A stretch of 61,231 bases of DNA, counting the filler. It is 3 parts of 3 records of this genome, joined end to end, with 100 filler letters (N's around TTAATTAATTAA, not from the genome) between each part and the next. Parts side by side here need not be neighbours in the genome. Positions count along the whole stretch, not along the records: positions 1 to 22,661 come from DRR723986_3518; 2 more parts are not named here. One strand, written 5' to 3'. The position numbers were made by a program, and so were the translations under genes. This document shows, piece by piece, positions 1 through 10,855 of the stretch (its first letter is position 1; each line of letters starts with the position of its first letter). The notes under the pieces are model-generated. The model searched no databases. It had not been told where the DNA came from and saw only the letters and a program-made list of their open reading frames with translations.

Positions 1-494
1 GCTGTTAGCCCTAAGGGCTGTGAGCCGCAAGTCTACGGGTCTTAATATTTCAAGTCAAATCGAATGAGCGGCACGCCCAAGCGATTCAGCGCTCTATTGC
101 AGAGTCCCGAGGTATAGACATCAAGCTGCGTGCCTACACTACAAAACGGCTTTGGACGCAGCGACCCGAGCCCCCAAACCCAGCGACTAACAAGAGGGCT
201 ATTAAAAGACCAGCCGGAAATCACCAACAAATTAGTGCCCAGATTCGTAAACCCGCGCATCCGGCGCAGGCGCTCAGAACAAAAAAGATGTGAAGAAAAG
301 AACCACCAAGCGGCGTTTCCCACCAGAAATCGCGTTTTGTTAAGCCGATGCCAACATTTGAACCGTTATATTGTACTGCCAAAAGCGCGCGAGAAAACAC
401 GCACAGTTTGAACTTCGCCATGTGCCGGCGAAGCACCCTTTGATCCCAATCTGATAGAATATTCCTTGTCTCACACTTTCAGGACTGCACACAT

Positions 495-2678
495 ATGCGT
501 CAACGTATACTGTTTCCGGCTTTTATGGTGCTCGTTTTTTTGGGTGCGGCATTAACGCAAGATGCCCAAGCACAAAGTCATGAAAACCGCCTGTCATTTG
601 GATTTAATGGTGGTGGCGTCAAGTATTTTGGTGAATTCACGGACAACCAGTTTTGGTTGAGTGGCGACATGTTCCTGCGCTACAACATCATTCCACACAT
701 CTCAGTACACGCTTCGGTGGGGCTGACGCAGCTCCGATTCAAAAACACGGAAGACGTGATTGCTGAGTACCCGCTCTACTTTGGACCGGGCGCCCAGGAA
801 GGTGACAACTACCTGAACTCAAACACACGGATTGAGGAAAAGAGTGCGACGCGCATGCTTTTCTATGAAGGTCTGGTGTCGTTTAACATGTTCCCACACG
901 AAAAATTCGTGCCGTATGTGTTTACGGGCGTGAGTTTTGCCGACTTCAACCCGGCCAATATTTTCAGCAATCGCGCACTGCCAAACAATTCGCTGGGCGT
1001 GTATGACAAGCAGACTGTGATGCTGCCAATCGGGATTGGTTTTGAAGGTTATATCACCGACGATCTGGTGATTAACGGCCGCGGAACCTATCGCTTTACC
1101 GGTACGGACTACCTGGATGACCTGGCTGAAGAAGGATCTGGCGATGACCAGATGATTACCTTTGGTGTTGGATTCTCCTACTACATCTTTGGTGAGTCTG
1201 ACAACGACAAAGACGGCCTGACAAATTCTTATGAGATTGAGATTGGTACCGACCCTGAGAACCCGGACACGGATGGTGACGGCCTGACGGACGGTGATGA
1301 AGTGCGCAAACACAACACCAATCCCAAAGACCCCGACACTGATGATGACAACCTGACGGATTACGCCGAAGTTGTTGAGCACGATACAGATCCGAATCTT
1401 GCCGATACCGACAGCGACAAGCTGAATGACGGCGAAGAGATTTCGCGCAAAACCGACCCAAGAAATCCCGACAGTGATTCCGACGGCCTGGTAGATGGCG
1501 ACGAAGTGTTGACGCACAATACAAATCCGCTGGCCCCAGATACGGATGAAGACGGTCTGAAAGACGGTGACGAGGTGCGCAAGTACAAAACCGACCCAAC
1601 GGCACTGGATTCCGATTCCGACGGCCTGAATGACGGCGAGGAAGTTAACACGTACAAGTCCAACCCGGCACAGGCGGATACTGACGCTGACGGCCTCAAA
1701 GACGGCCTGGAAGTCAATCAGTATAAAACCGACGTCAACAAACCTGACACTGACGGCGACAAGCTCTCCGACGGCGAAGAAGTTGACCAATACAAAACTG
1801 ATCCGCTTAAGGTTGACTCCGACGGTGATTCGCTGACTGACGGTGAAGAAATCAACACGTACAAGTCCAACCCACTCAAAACCGACTCCGACAGCGACGG
1901 TTTGAGCGATGGTGATGAGGTTAAAAAATACAAAACCGATCCGGGCAAAGCCGATACGGATGGCGACGAAGTGCGCGACGGCGATGAGATCAACAAATAC
2001 AAAACTGATCCGAACAACGTAGACAGCGACAATGACAAGCTGCGCGACGGTGCCGAAGTGCTGACCCACAAAACCGATCCGGCAAATCCAGATACGGATG
2101 GTGACACTTTGCTTGACGGCGACGAGGTTTCCGACCGCTGGAACACTGATCCGCTCAAGCCCGATACTGACGGCGACGGCATTAACGATCCGGACGATAA
2201 ATGCCCACTCGTGGCTGGTAAGCCAAGCACGGAAGAGCCTGAAAAACATGGCTGTCCGCAAGCACCTAAAGTTGGTACAAAGGTTGACTTCCCCGACATT
2301 CTGTTCATTGTCAACAGCGACGAGTTCAACTTTGAGAACCCACAGACGGCTGCGAATCTGGCCAAGCTGCTGCAGTATATGAACCAGTGCGAAGGTCTGC
2401 AGGTAATGGTCGAGGGCCATGCTTCCTCCGAGGGCAACAAGAAGCGCAATCAGGAACTTTCCGAGATGCGTTCCAAGAAAGTCCGTGACTGGTTGGTTGA
2501 GCAGGGCGTGGTAGCTGGCAAAATTGTTGGAAACATCGGTTACGGTTCGGCGCGCCCCAAGGTGGACGAGCCTTCGGCAGCTGAGGCGAAGAAGATGAAG
2601 GCCGATGAGCTGGAAGCTATTCGCAAGCAGAACCGCCGGATTACGATTGAAATTGTCAAGACTTGCGATCAGAAATAA
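495..2678 (+). CDS. OmpA-family outer membrane protein: signal peptide, N-terminal beta-barrel, 15 Asp-rich (TSP3-like/DxDxDG) repeats, C-terminal OmpA-like peptidoglycan-binding domain
   Basis: Signal peptide (MRQR...AQAQ); barrel-type segments ending FGVGFSYYIFG; repeats DxDxDGLxDGxEVxxYKTDP; C-terminal VEGHASSEG...NQELSEMRSKKVRDWL...GYG...NRRI OmpA-C motifs. Confidence 0.9.
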   Translation: MRQRILFPAFMVLVFLGAALTQDAQAQSHENRLSFGFNGGGVKYFGEFTDNQFWLSGDMFLRYNIIPHISVHASVGLTQLRFKNTEDVIAEYPLYFGPGAQEGDNYLNSNTRIEEKSATRMLFYEGLVSFNMFPHEKFVPYVFTGVSFADFNPANIFSNRALPNNSLGVYDKQTVMLPIGIGFEGYITDDLVINGRGTYRFTGTDYLDDLAEEGSGDDQMITFGVGFSYYIFGESDNDKDGLTNSYEIEIGTDPENPDTDGDGLTDGDEVRKHNTNPKDPDTDDDNLTDYAEVVEHDTDPNLADTDSDKLNDGEEISRKTDPRNPDSDSDGLVDGDEVLTHNTNPLAPDTDEDGLKDGDEVRKYKTDPTALDSDSDGLNDGEEVNTYKSNPAQADTDADGLKDGLEVNQYKTDVNKPDTDGDKLSDGEEVDQYKTDPLKVDSDGDSLTDGEEINTYKSNPLKTDSDSDGLSDGDEVKKYKTDPGKADTDGDEVRDGDEINKYKTDPNNVDSDNDKLRDGAEVLTHKTDPANPDTDGDTLLDGDEVSDRWNTDPLKPDTDGDGINDPDDKCPLVAGKPSTEEPEKHGCPQAPKVGTKVDFPDILFIVNSDEFNFENPQTAANLAKLLQYMNQCEGLQVMVEGHASSEGNKKRNQELSEMRSKKVRDWLVEQGVVAGKIVGNIGYGSARPKVDEPSAAEAKKMKADELEAIRKQNRRITIEIVKTCDQK
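1200..2210 (+). repeat. Intragenic tandem array of 15 Asp-rich repeats of ~23 aa (~69 bp), putative Ca2+-binding
   Basis: 15 DxDxD motifs counted, from DNDKDG to DTDGDGINDPDDKCP; boundaries approximate. Confidence 0.85.
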
Positions 2679-2711
2679 GCTTGCGCAACAATTGATCCAA
2701 GCACCTCACAC

Positions 2712-2747
2712 AAGCAGTGATCGGCTCAGCCGGTCGCTGCTTTTTTT
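2712..2747 (+). terminator. Rho-independent terminator after the OmpA gene
   Basis: Stem aagcagtgatcggct/agccggtcgctgctt followed by a T7 run. Confidence 0.75.
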
Positions 2748-3500
2748 GTATGTGGTCTGCCGGATTGTGGATTGCGTTGGCGATTCGTAGTTTTTGACAG
2801 AGTTTTTGGCGGCTGTATTGCTGTGTTGGTGCAGCCGGAAATACCTTTTTGGCGAGCGGTTTTTTGGCTGGGATTTTTTGGTCTGGGTTGAGGCGCTTGC
2901 TGAACGGGCGGTATTAGCTGTTTAGAGGGCGGTTTTTTGGGTTTATCGGGCGGCTGGGAGATTTTGGGCGCATTTTTGCGTGATCAAAGGGCCCACCCCA
3001 CGCCACCACCTTGCATATTTTCTAACCTCCACCCCACAGGCATACCTCCCCGATTCTTCCGCAGAATATTCGAGTTTTGCGCCTGTGCTGCTTAGCCGTC
3101 CCAACGCTACCGGTTCGCGGGCCAGCACTCCCAATCTGCACCGCCCCCGCCAAATTCTCGGAATTTTGTTGCTCAACGTCGCCAAAAACAGCATAAACGC
3201 CCCCTATTCGCACATAAACGGTCGCAAAATTTCCATCTCAGCCGCCCACAAAATCGTCAAGTTCCATTCCTGCGCTTTATGCCTCCGGCATAGCTTGGGG
3301 GTTGTTTTTGTTAGGCTCCGGTGCAGCAACGCAAATTCCCCGAGCCAGAAATTCTGAGCAGAAGCAGCAGCGCCAGGCTCAGATTCCGCCGGCCGCCGCG
3401 CCTGCCTGTAACCATCAAATTTGCCGCCTGAAATTCGCTGATCTTCCTTAATGGCGTATTTTAGGCGTTTAGCGAGTAAAACACACAGAACAAGAGTAGC

Positions 3501-4469
3501 ATGCCAAATATGACGTACGCGCCGCTCGGCGCATGTGGACTCAAAGTCAGTCGATTGAGCCTGGGAGGCTGGACAACCTACGGTGACAGTGTCACCGAAG
3601 CACAAATGGTCGCGGGAATAATCCGCAAAGCCTATGCAGCCGGAATGAACTTCTTTGACATGGCCGATATGTACGGCTATGGCAAAACCGAAGAAGCCAT
3701 GGGCAAGGTGCTCGCCGAGTTTCCGCGCCACACCCTTGTGCTCTCCAGCAAAGTTTTTGTGCCGATGAGCGATGATATCAATGATCGCGGCCTCTCGCGC
3801 AAACACATCATGGAATCTGTTGAACGCAGCCTGCGCCGCATTGGCACCGACTACCTGGACATGTATTTCTGCCACCGCTACGACACGGAAACGCCGCTGG
3901 AAGAAACCGTGCGCGCAATGGACGATCTGGTTAGCCAGGGCAAAATTCTCTATTGGGGCACCAGCGAATGGAGCCGCAGTCAGCTGATGCAGGCACACAG
4001 TCTATGCCAGGCAAACGGCTACTATCGTCCGCAGGTCGAACAACCGCAATACAATTTGATGTGGCGCCGCATAGAGCGCGAAATTCTACCAGCAATCGTT
4101 CCCGCCGGCATGGGCAGCGTGGTCTGGAGCCCGCTGGCGTCTGGTGTTCTGACCGGCAAATACGATGATGGCATTCCGGCCGGATCACGCCTGGACCAGG
4201 AAAAATTCGGTAGCCTGCGCCAGCGTTGGCTGGCTGACGAAGTCCAGAGTAAAATCCGCGAATTCAAAAATATCGCCGATGAACTTGGATGTACGCGCGC
4301 GCAATTATCCCTGGCCTGGATTCTGGCCAACGAAGACATCTCCAGTGTGATTACCGGTGCCACGCGCCCCGAGCAGTTGGAAGACAACCTTGGCGCACTG
4401 GACATTCAACTGAGCGCCGAAGTCAAGGCACAACTGGACAGCTTGCTTCCCGACGCTTCGGCTGCCTAG
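3501..4469 (+). CDS. Aldo/keto reductase (Kv-beta/AKR6-like family)
   Basis: LGACGLKVSRLSLGGW, FFDMADMYG, LSSKVF, RGLSRKHIMES, DYLDMYFCHRYD, QPQYNL, WSPLASGVLTGKY. Confidence 0.92.
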   Translation: MPNMTYAPLGACGLKVSRLSLGGWTTYGDSVTEAQMVAGIIRKAYAAGMNFFDMADMYGYGKTEEAMGKVLAEFPRHTLVLSSKVFVPMSDDINDRGLSRKHIMESVERSLRRIGTDYLDMYFCHRYDTETPLEETVRAMDDLVSQGKILYWGTSEWSRSQLMQAHSLCQANGYYRPQVEQPQYNLMWRRIEREILPAIVPAGMGSVVWSPLASGVLTGKYDDGIPAGSRLDQEKFGSLRQRWLADEVQSKIREFKNIADELGCTRAQLSLAWILANEDISSVITGATRPEQLEDNLGALDIQLSAEVKAQLDSLLPDASAA

Positions 4470-4518
4470 ACCAACGCCGCACAATTTCATATGCAGGAAC
4501 ATTCCTTGTAGGAGCAAC

Positions 4519-5808
4519 ATGCCGCAGGATTCATTGTTTGATGCCGCCACGCAGGTAAGTGAGCACAATCTGCGCGTACTGCACACCGCCGACTGGCATT
4601 TGGGGCAGCGCCTGTGTGATCAGGACCGCATTGAGGAACACACAGCCTTTTTGGAATGGCTGCTCTACACCGTACAGCGCGAACGCATTGATGCCCTGAT
4701 TCATGCAGGTGACGTCTTTGATTCGGCCAACCCGCCGGCTCAGGCGCTGCATGCCTACTATGAATTCCTGGCCCGTTTGATGGCCGAAACAAGCTGCCGC
4801 TGTACAATCATCGTTGGCGGAAATCACGATTCGCCCGCCGTGCTCAATGCTCCGCGCGGTTTACTTGCACACCATCAGATTCACGTAGTCGGTGATCACG
4901 ATACAAAGCGCGAGATTATCAAACTCTATGACAAAGCCGGTGAACCCGCCGCCTTTGTCTGTGCGATTCCTTATTTGCGCGACCGCGACTTACGGCATTC
5001 GCGCGCCGGTGAAACCGGAGAAGAACGCGAGCTGCGCATCCGCGAATCTATCGCGCGAATCTATGCCGAAGCCGCTGAGTCCGTCGCTCAAAAACGACCA
5101 AAAGGACTGGCCTGCATCGCTACCGGGCACCTTTTTGCTGCCGGTGGCATGCGCAATGACTCAGAGAAGGATATTCACGTTATCGGCAAACTTGGGCAGG
5201 TTGGCGTCGAGAGTTTTCCACCTGAATTTGACTACGTAGCACTTGGGCATCTGCATCGCCCACAAAAAGTCGCCGGCAAACAGCACATACGCTACAGCGG
5301 CAGCCCAATTCGCCTTGATTTTAGTGAACACGAAGATCGCAAATTCTGTCTGCTGGCGGAGTTCAGTGCCGGCAAACTACTGGACGTCACTGAGCTGGAA
5401 TTCCCGGAAGGTCGGCGTCTGCTACGCCTGCGGGGTGAAAAAGACGAGTTGGTGCACACGCTGCAGAATTTGCCGCCACACTCAGGCAAGTTCCCGCTGT
5501 GGATCGAGGTGCGCGTGCAGCTGGAACATGCCGAAGCAGAGCTGGATCACGTCATTCGCGAGGCACTTGGCAAGCGCGATGATGCGCAGATTCTAAAGGT
5601 GATTGCCGAGTCGCTCTACGAACAGAAGTCACTGGACGAGATCGTTGATTCAGTTGAACTACTCGAAAATCTGAGCGAGGAAGAAGTCTTCCGCCGCCGC
5701 TGTGAATCACTCGGTTATGAGAATGATGAAGTGGACCGCGACCTTGTACCTGCGTTCCGCGAACTCCTGACTGAAATGCGCGAAGCTGAACAGGAAGGGA
5801 CCTTATGA
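4519..5808 (+). CDS. sbcD: SbcD (Mre11-like) nuclease subunit
   Basis: Metallophosphoesterase motifs HTADWHLG, AGDVFD, GNHDS, GHLF, DYVALGHLH, YSGSP; overlaps the sbcC start (ATGA). Confidence 0.95.
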   Translation: MPQDSLFDAATQVSEHNLRVLHTADWHLGQRLCDQDRIEEHTAFLEWLLYTVQRERIDALIHAGDVFDSANPPAQALHAYYEFLARLMAETSCRCTIIVGGNHDSPAVLNAPRGLLAHHQIHVVGDHDTKREIIKLYDKAGEPAAFVCAIPYLRDRDLRHSRAGETGEERELRIRESIARIYAEAAESVAQKRPKGLACIATGHLFAAGGMRNDSEKDIHVIGKLGQVGVESFPPEFDYVALGHLHRPQKVAGKQHIRYSGSPIRLDFSEHEDRKFCLLAEFSAGKLLDVTELEFPEGRRLLRLRGEKDELVHTLQNLPPHSGKFPLWIEVRVQLEHAEAELDHVIREALGKRDDAQILKVIAESLYEQKSLDEIVDSVELLENLSEEEVFRRRCESLGYENDEVDRDLVPAFRELLTEMREAEQEGTL

Positions 5809-8800
5809 AAATTCTGAAGCTGCATTTACGCAACATTAACTCCCTGCAGGGCGAGCATACTTTTGACTTTGAAGACATCTGTGCCGGCGGCAACCTTTTT
5901 GCCATTACCGGTGCTACCGGCTCCGGGAAGTCCTCAATTCTGGATGCTTTGACTCTGGCACTCTACGGTCGCACGCCGCGTTATGGCACTAAGTCATCCG
6001 CAGATGTAATGTCGCGCCACACCGGCGAGTGCCTGGCTGAAGTCACCTTTGAAGCACATGCGAAACGCTATCGCTCCAAGTGGTCATTACATCGCGCGCG
6101 TTCACGTCCGGAGGGTAAACTTCAGACTCCGCACATGGAAGTTGCGCATGCCCTGGACGGCGAGATAATTGAGTCGGGCGTCAACAAAACGCCGAATGTA
6201 GTCCGCGAACTCTGCGGCCTCGACTTTGATCAATTCCGTCGTTCTGTTTTGCTGGCACAGGGTGAATTTGCCGCCTTCCTGCGCGCCGATTCCAACGAAC
6301 GCAGTAAACTGCTCGAACGCATCACCGGAACAGATATTTACAAAGAGATATCCAAGTTTGCCTATCAGAAAGCTGCCGGCGTTCGCCTGGAATGGCAGCA
6401 AATGAAAGACCGTCTGGCGGACATCAATCTGTTGGATGCGGAAGAAATTGAGCAACTGCAAAGCCGCAACGATGCTATTACCGGCCTGATCACTGAGCTG
6501 GAAAACAAACGCAAAGAGTTAAGTCAAAAAGTGCAGCTGCGCGCAAACTTGGAGCAGACGCAGGCTCAACTGCAGGAACTCAAAAACAAAAAACAGGAGC
6601 TGGCAGAACGTCAGTCGGCATCCGCTGAGCAATTTAAAGCCCTGGAACGGCACGAGACGTCGCTGCGTTTTGCGCCCGAATCGAGTCAGTTTGATGCCCT
6701 TAAACGAAGTGCCACTGAGCTTGAATCAGAGATTCAAAGTCTTACAAGTAAGCAACAGGCGGAACAGGCGCGGCAAACCGAACTGGAACGCAAAGTCATT
6801 GAGTCGGCCGCCCAGCGCACTGAACACAACAACAAGCTCCAAAAACTGCACGAACTCCTGCCCCAGGTACGCACGCTGGACCGCCAGATTGAAACCACAT
6901 CCAAAGAAATGGATGCTGCAAGACTGGTGCACGAAGTTGCCGGCGAAACCCTTGAGATTCGCGAAAAAGCGCTGGCGCAGAGCTGCAGTGACCGCGACAA
7001 TCTGGAGCAATCAGCCCAGCAAACACACAGCTGGTTAGAAAACAACAGCATAGATGCAGAGCTGAGTGAGACTATCTCGGCTATCGTTGCCAAAGTAGAG
7101 ACCTGGCGCAGCGCTCAGTCACTGGCAAACGATCAGTCAGAGATGCACAAGACAATAATCACAGAACTTGGATCATTGGACCTGGAAAGAGGGCAACACC
7201 AGCGCTCCCTGGCCGTTGACCAGCGTGAGCTGGAACACGTCATGGCCCAGCTCGCCAATAATGATCTGCAGCAAATCGAGGTGCGCCAGGCCGAACTCCA
7301 GCAGCGCGATCAGGTTCTGAATGCATCGATGGAATTACTGCGAGAGCTGACACGCCTGCAGGAACACCACGCCCTCAATATTACTGAGCTGGACGAACAG
7401 ATAACGGCTGCGCAGGCGCTGCAGGCAGAGTTAAACGGCACTACAGCTGCACTGGAAAAACTGGAGACTGAACGTAGTGCTGCCGCTGAAAACCTGCGCT
7501 TGCACCTGGAAATCCTTAATCGCGCGCGCAAAATCCAGCAATTGGAAGCCGAGCGCGACAAGTTGATAGCCGGCGAACCCTGCCCCCTTTGTGGATCCAA
7601 AGAACATCCGCTGGTGCAAGAGTACCAGGAAGCCAATGCATCTTCAGAGGAAGATGCCCACCAAAAGTCCGCTGAGCAGTTGCGCAAAATCGAGGCGCAG
7701 ATTACAGAGGCCCGGAGCGGCTTCGAATTCAAAAAGCAGCGGCAACAGGAGCTGGCAGACGTCCAGAAGTCAATTGCACAACGCATTCAACAGCTTGGTC
7801 AGCAATATGCCGAGTTGCTTCCGGAAGACAACAATTTTACGCGCGGCATCCGCATTGAAGATTCCAAACAGGGCCGCGCCGTACTCGTGCATGTCAAAGA
7901 AGAACATGCCGATGCCAAACGCGCCTTGCAGGAGTGTCGTGAACAGCTGGAGCAAAGCCACAAGTTGCGCAGCAATGCTGAGAGCCTCCAGTCGCGAATC
8001 TCAAATCATAGAACGGCGCTCGAACTTCTGGAGCGTCAGGCACAGACGCTCAAAGAAAAGCGCCAGGCCCTGGCAGCGCAGGAAGAACATCGCCGTGAAG
8101 ACTTGCGATTGCGCAGCGATGCAGCTCGTGAGATTCTACGTAAATTCTTGCCGCCGGAAGTGCTCATCAACCCTCCCAGCGACCGGGAAATGCAGGCACT
8201 GCAGCAGCGCATAAGCCTCTATCGCGAGAATCAACGTGAGTTTGAACGACTGCAGCGCGACCATCAGGCGGCGATCAAGACTGCCGCAATGCAGCTGGAA
8301 CGCAAAGACGAAGCCGCAAAAGCCCTGGCTCAGGAAGAAAACAACGTCAGTACACTCACCAAGCTGCTGGGTGAACTCCAAAACCAGCGGCGTGCAATTT
8401 TTGGAAGTGATGATGCTGACAAACGTTTGCAGGAACTACAGACCACACTGGATGCCAGTAGCAGCCTGCATCAGCAGGCCGAGCAATCACTGCTCGCGCT
8501 AAATACCAGCCTGCAAAAAACACAGACAACACTCGATATTCACACCGGCCGCTTGCAGGAAATACATCGCGACATCAGCCGACATGGAGATACACTCCGC
8601 GCGGCGCTCAGGCAGGCAGGTTTTGCATCAATCGAAGACCAGCGGCAGGCAATTCTCAGTTCACAGAAAGCCGCAGAGCTTAAAGAACACAAGGAAATGC
8701 TCAGCTCCGCAATTGAACAGAACGAGACGCTCAGCCGCGATAAACAGCTGGCATTGGAGCAATTGGAAGCCACTGCGCCCGCTAGTGAAGAAGCCGCTGC

Positions 8801-9506
8801 ACTTGGTGAACAACTTGCTGCTGTAAATGCCGAACTGGACGACCTAAAACAGGAAACAGGTGGCATCGCTGAGAAATTGCGCCACAATGCCGAACAAGAT
8901 CGTCAATCGGGGCAGCTACAGATTTTACTCAGTGACAAACAAAAAGACAAAGCCAGGTGGGAGTTGCTTAACGAGTTGATTGGATCCAGTTCCGGCCAAA
9001 CCTTCAGTCGTTACGCACAGTCCCTGACGCTGCAGCGTCTGGTAGCACTTGCCAACCGCCATGTTATCAAGTTGAATGACCGCTATAGAATTCGCAAACA
9101 GCCCTCTGACGAGGCCAAGGCGGGCGCTGAGCTGGAACTGGAAATCGTCGATCGCCACCAGGCCGATACCGTACGGCCGATGCAAAGTCTGTCAGGTGGT
9201 GAGAGTTTTCTGATTAGTCTGGGGTTGGCACTGGGACTGGCAGAGTTAGCCGGCCGCAACAACCGCATTGATTCACTCTTTATAGATGAAGGGTTTGGGT
9301 CGCTCGACTCTACAACCCTGGAAAGTGCATTAAACGTATTGGAGACCTTACAGGCACAGGGCAAGACGATCGGGGTGATTTCGCACGTTGAGGCTCTCAA
9401 AGAACGAATTGCCATCCAGATTCAAGTGCACAAGTTGAGCGGCGGTATCAGCACCACGGAGGTGGTTTCCAGGTTAGGCGTCAGTTCAATTCCGCTCAAT
9501 ACCTGA
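5805..9506 (+). CDS. sbcC: SbcC (Rad50-like SMC ATPase)
   Basis: Walker A GATGSGKS, long coiled coils, zinc hook CPLCGS, signature LSGGE, Walker B LFIDEGFGSLD, IGVISHV. Confidence 0.95.
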   Translation: MKILKLHLRNINSLQGEHTFDFEDICAGGNLFAITGATGSGKSSILDALTLALYGRTPRYGTKSSADVMSRHTGECLAEVTFEAHAKRYRSKWSLHRARSRPEGKLQTPHMEVAHALDGEIIESGVNKTPNVVRELCGLDFDQFRRSVLLAQGEFAAFLRADSNERSKLLERITGTDIYKEISKFAYQKAAGVRLEWQQMKDRLADINLLDAEEIEQLQSRNDAITGLITELENKRKELSQKVQLRANLEQTQAQLQELKNKKQELAERQSASAEQFKALERHETSLRFAPESSQFDALKRSATELESEIQSLTSKQQAEQARQTELERKVIESAAQRTEHNNKLQKLHELLPQVRTLDRQIETTSKEMDAARLVHEVAGETLEIREKALAQSCSDRDNLEQSAQQTHSWLENNSIDAELSETISAIVAKVETWRSAQSLANDQSEMHKTIITELGSLDLERGQHQRSLAVDQRELEHVMAQLANNDLQQIEVRQAELQQRDQVLNASMELLRELTRLQEHHALNITELDEQITAAQALQAELNGTTAALEKLETERSAAAENLRLHLEILNRARKIQQLEAERDKLIAGEPCPLCGSKEHPLVQEYQEANASSEEDAHQKSAEQLRKIEAQITEARSGFEFKKQRQQELADVQKSIAQRIQQLGQQYAELLPEDNNFTRGIRIEDSKQGRAVLVHVKEEHADAKRALQECREQLEQSHKLRSNAESLQSRISNHRTALELLERQAQTLKEKRQALAAQEEHRREDLRLRSDAAREILRKFLPPEVLINPPSDREMQALQQRISLYRENQREFERLQRDHQAAIKTAAMQLERKDEAAKALAQEENNVSTLTKLLGELQNQRRAIFGSDDADKRLQELQTTLDASSSLHQQAEQSLLALNTSLQKTQTTLDIHTGRLQEIHRDISRHGDTLRAALRQAGFASIEDQRQAILSSQKAAELKEHKEMLSSAIEQNETLSRDKQLALEQLEATAPASEEAAALGEQLAAVNAELDDLKQETGGIAEKLRHNAEQDRQSGQLQILLSDKQKDKARWELLNELIGSSSGQTFSRYAQSLTLQRLVALANRHVIKLNDRYRIRKQPSDEAKAGAELELEIVDRHQADTVRPMQSLSGGESFLISLGLALGLAELAGRNNRIDSLFIDEGFGSLDSTTLESALNVLETLQAQGKTIGVISHVEALKERIAIQIQVHKLSGGISTTEVVSRLGVSSIPLNT

Positions 9507-10855
9507 TTTCAGCCTCGGCCTTTTATGCGCCTGCATCTGAAGACTTGGTCCAGCCAGGTTCGGACTATGCGGTTTTCTCCTGCCGGTAAGAAGCCATGCA
9601 CAAAGTTCCTTTAACTTTAATCGGTTAAATTCGTTTGACCCGGTTTTGTCAAGTCAGATAAATACTTTAGTCATTATCTACCAGTATACACCAGCAGCCT
9701 GCACTACAACAAACAGGTAAAAGCGAATATGTTTTTACAGGTGAGAGCTCTGCCGGCTGAAGCATGTGAGCCCAAACTATCGCCGGACGGCAGGCGATAG
9801 TCATTCAGATTGACCCTGAGAAACCTGTCTAATAAATTGTGCAGTAAAATTCGGCCATCTATATTTTTGTCTGACAGTTTGGCAAATATGCAAAATAATT
9901 ATGTCGCTTATTAGCGTGAATATCGCAGGCCACAAACAGCTTTGTGAGGACGCAAAAAAAAGCTTGACTTTGTTAGTGTTTTAGTCAGTCTAAGCATTTT
10001 CAGGATGTCACCAGTATACTCAACCTTTGATGTCACTTTGGGTTTAGAACATTTAGAAAAATTCGTCTTTCCGTTATCACTTTGGCTGATACTTAAACAG
10101 ATTGATTTAGCAAATAGGTAACGACTTGACCGCAACTAAATCGCTAGGGCTGCACTGGTACTGGCTTGGCTGCTTTTCTGCCGGCGGAAGTCATAGTTTG
10201 CCGGTGTGAGGTCAAAAGTGTTGGCGCTGTGAGCATTGCTTTAACATTGAACTATTGAGGGCCTCACTAATTAAACAAACTTTTTCTGTTACCATTTTTC
10301 GGGTAGCGGGTTATTGTGCTGTAGTCAAACGCGTTCCGGCACGGTAGAGCGACACTCTCTTCAACGCGATTGTTCACACCTAAGAATCAGTATTTTTACT
10401 GAGGGAATTATTTTTACCCCCTTTTTTTAAATAATTCCTGCGTAAATTTGTGCTGTCACAAGGCACATAATGTTTTGCATAACTTGATACTGGAGATGAT
10501 TGGAATAAGTCGAACATACTGTCCGCAGTATGTAAACAGGTATGCTTCCAATCGATATGGTTTGTTAATACACAAGCAGTAAGTTCCTTGATTATTCTTG
10601 GCACATAGTTCTTTCGCGACCCCCCCTTAACTCGCGGTAAGCTCAGATCATCAATTCTCTCTCTGTTGGTACACAGAGGGCAGGAAGGATATTGTCTGGA
10701 CAACAGTATCGAGTACTTAACACAATTATAATTCAGCATGTTAAACATTCTGAATTGAATCGTTGCGCCGCGACTCCGTGGGGCCACAACACACTATTGT
10801 TCGAAAGTCTTTTTTCTAAAAATTCAATTTGTAGTTTTTACGAGGCAATTAGGAA

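Noticed and set aside
42-436. Short overlapping ORFs at the window start, and those at 2943-3357, 9911-10135 and 10380-10787
   Set aside because: No RBS, motif or codon-bias support; treated as intergenic.
1200-2210. Regular ~69-bp periodicity resembling a CRISPR array
   Set aside because: These are in-frame degenerate protein repeats inside OmpA; there is no invariant repeat with unique spacers and no cas genes in the window.
819-2420. 533-aa minus-strand ORF and other long antisense ORFs (1718-2449, 24817-25560, 31506-32876, 47224-49074, 51058-52269, 55724-56959, 56871-58103)
   Set aside because: Shadows of well-supported genes on the opposite strand, expected from codon bias and repeats; no recognisable motifs.
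4519-9506. Nuclease + SMC ATPase pair as a possible Wadjet/Lamassu-type defence system
   Set aside because: The motifs, zinc hook and gene order are those of housekeeping SbcCD, with no accessory effector or kleisin genes.
9925-9970. GGACGCAAA after a short hairpin, reminiscent of a c-di-GMP-I riboswitch
   Set aside because: No GGCAAA/GAAA-tetraloop P2 stem and no properly spaced P3 or closing segment.
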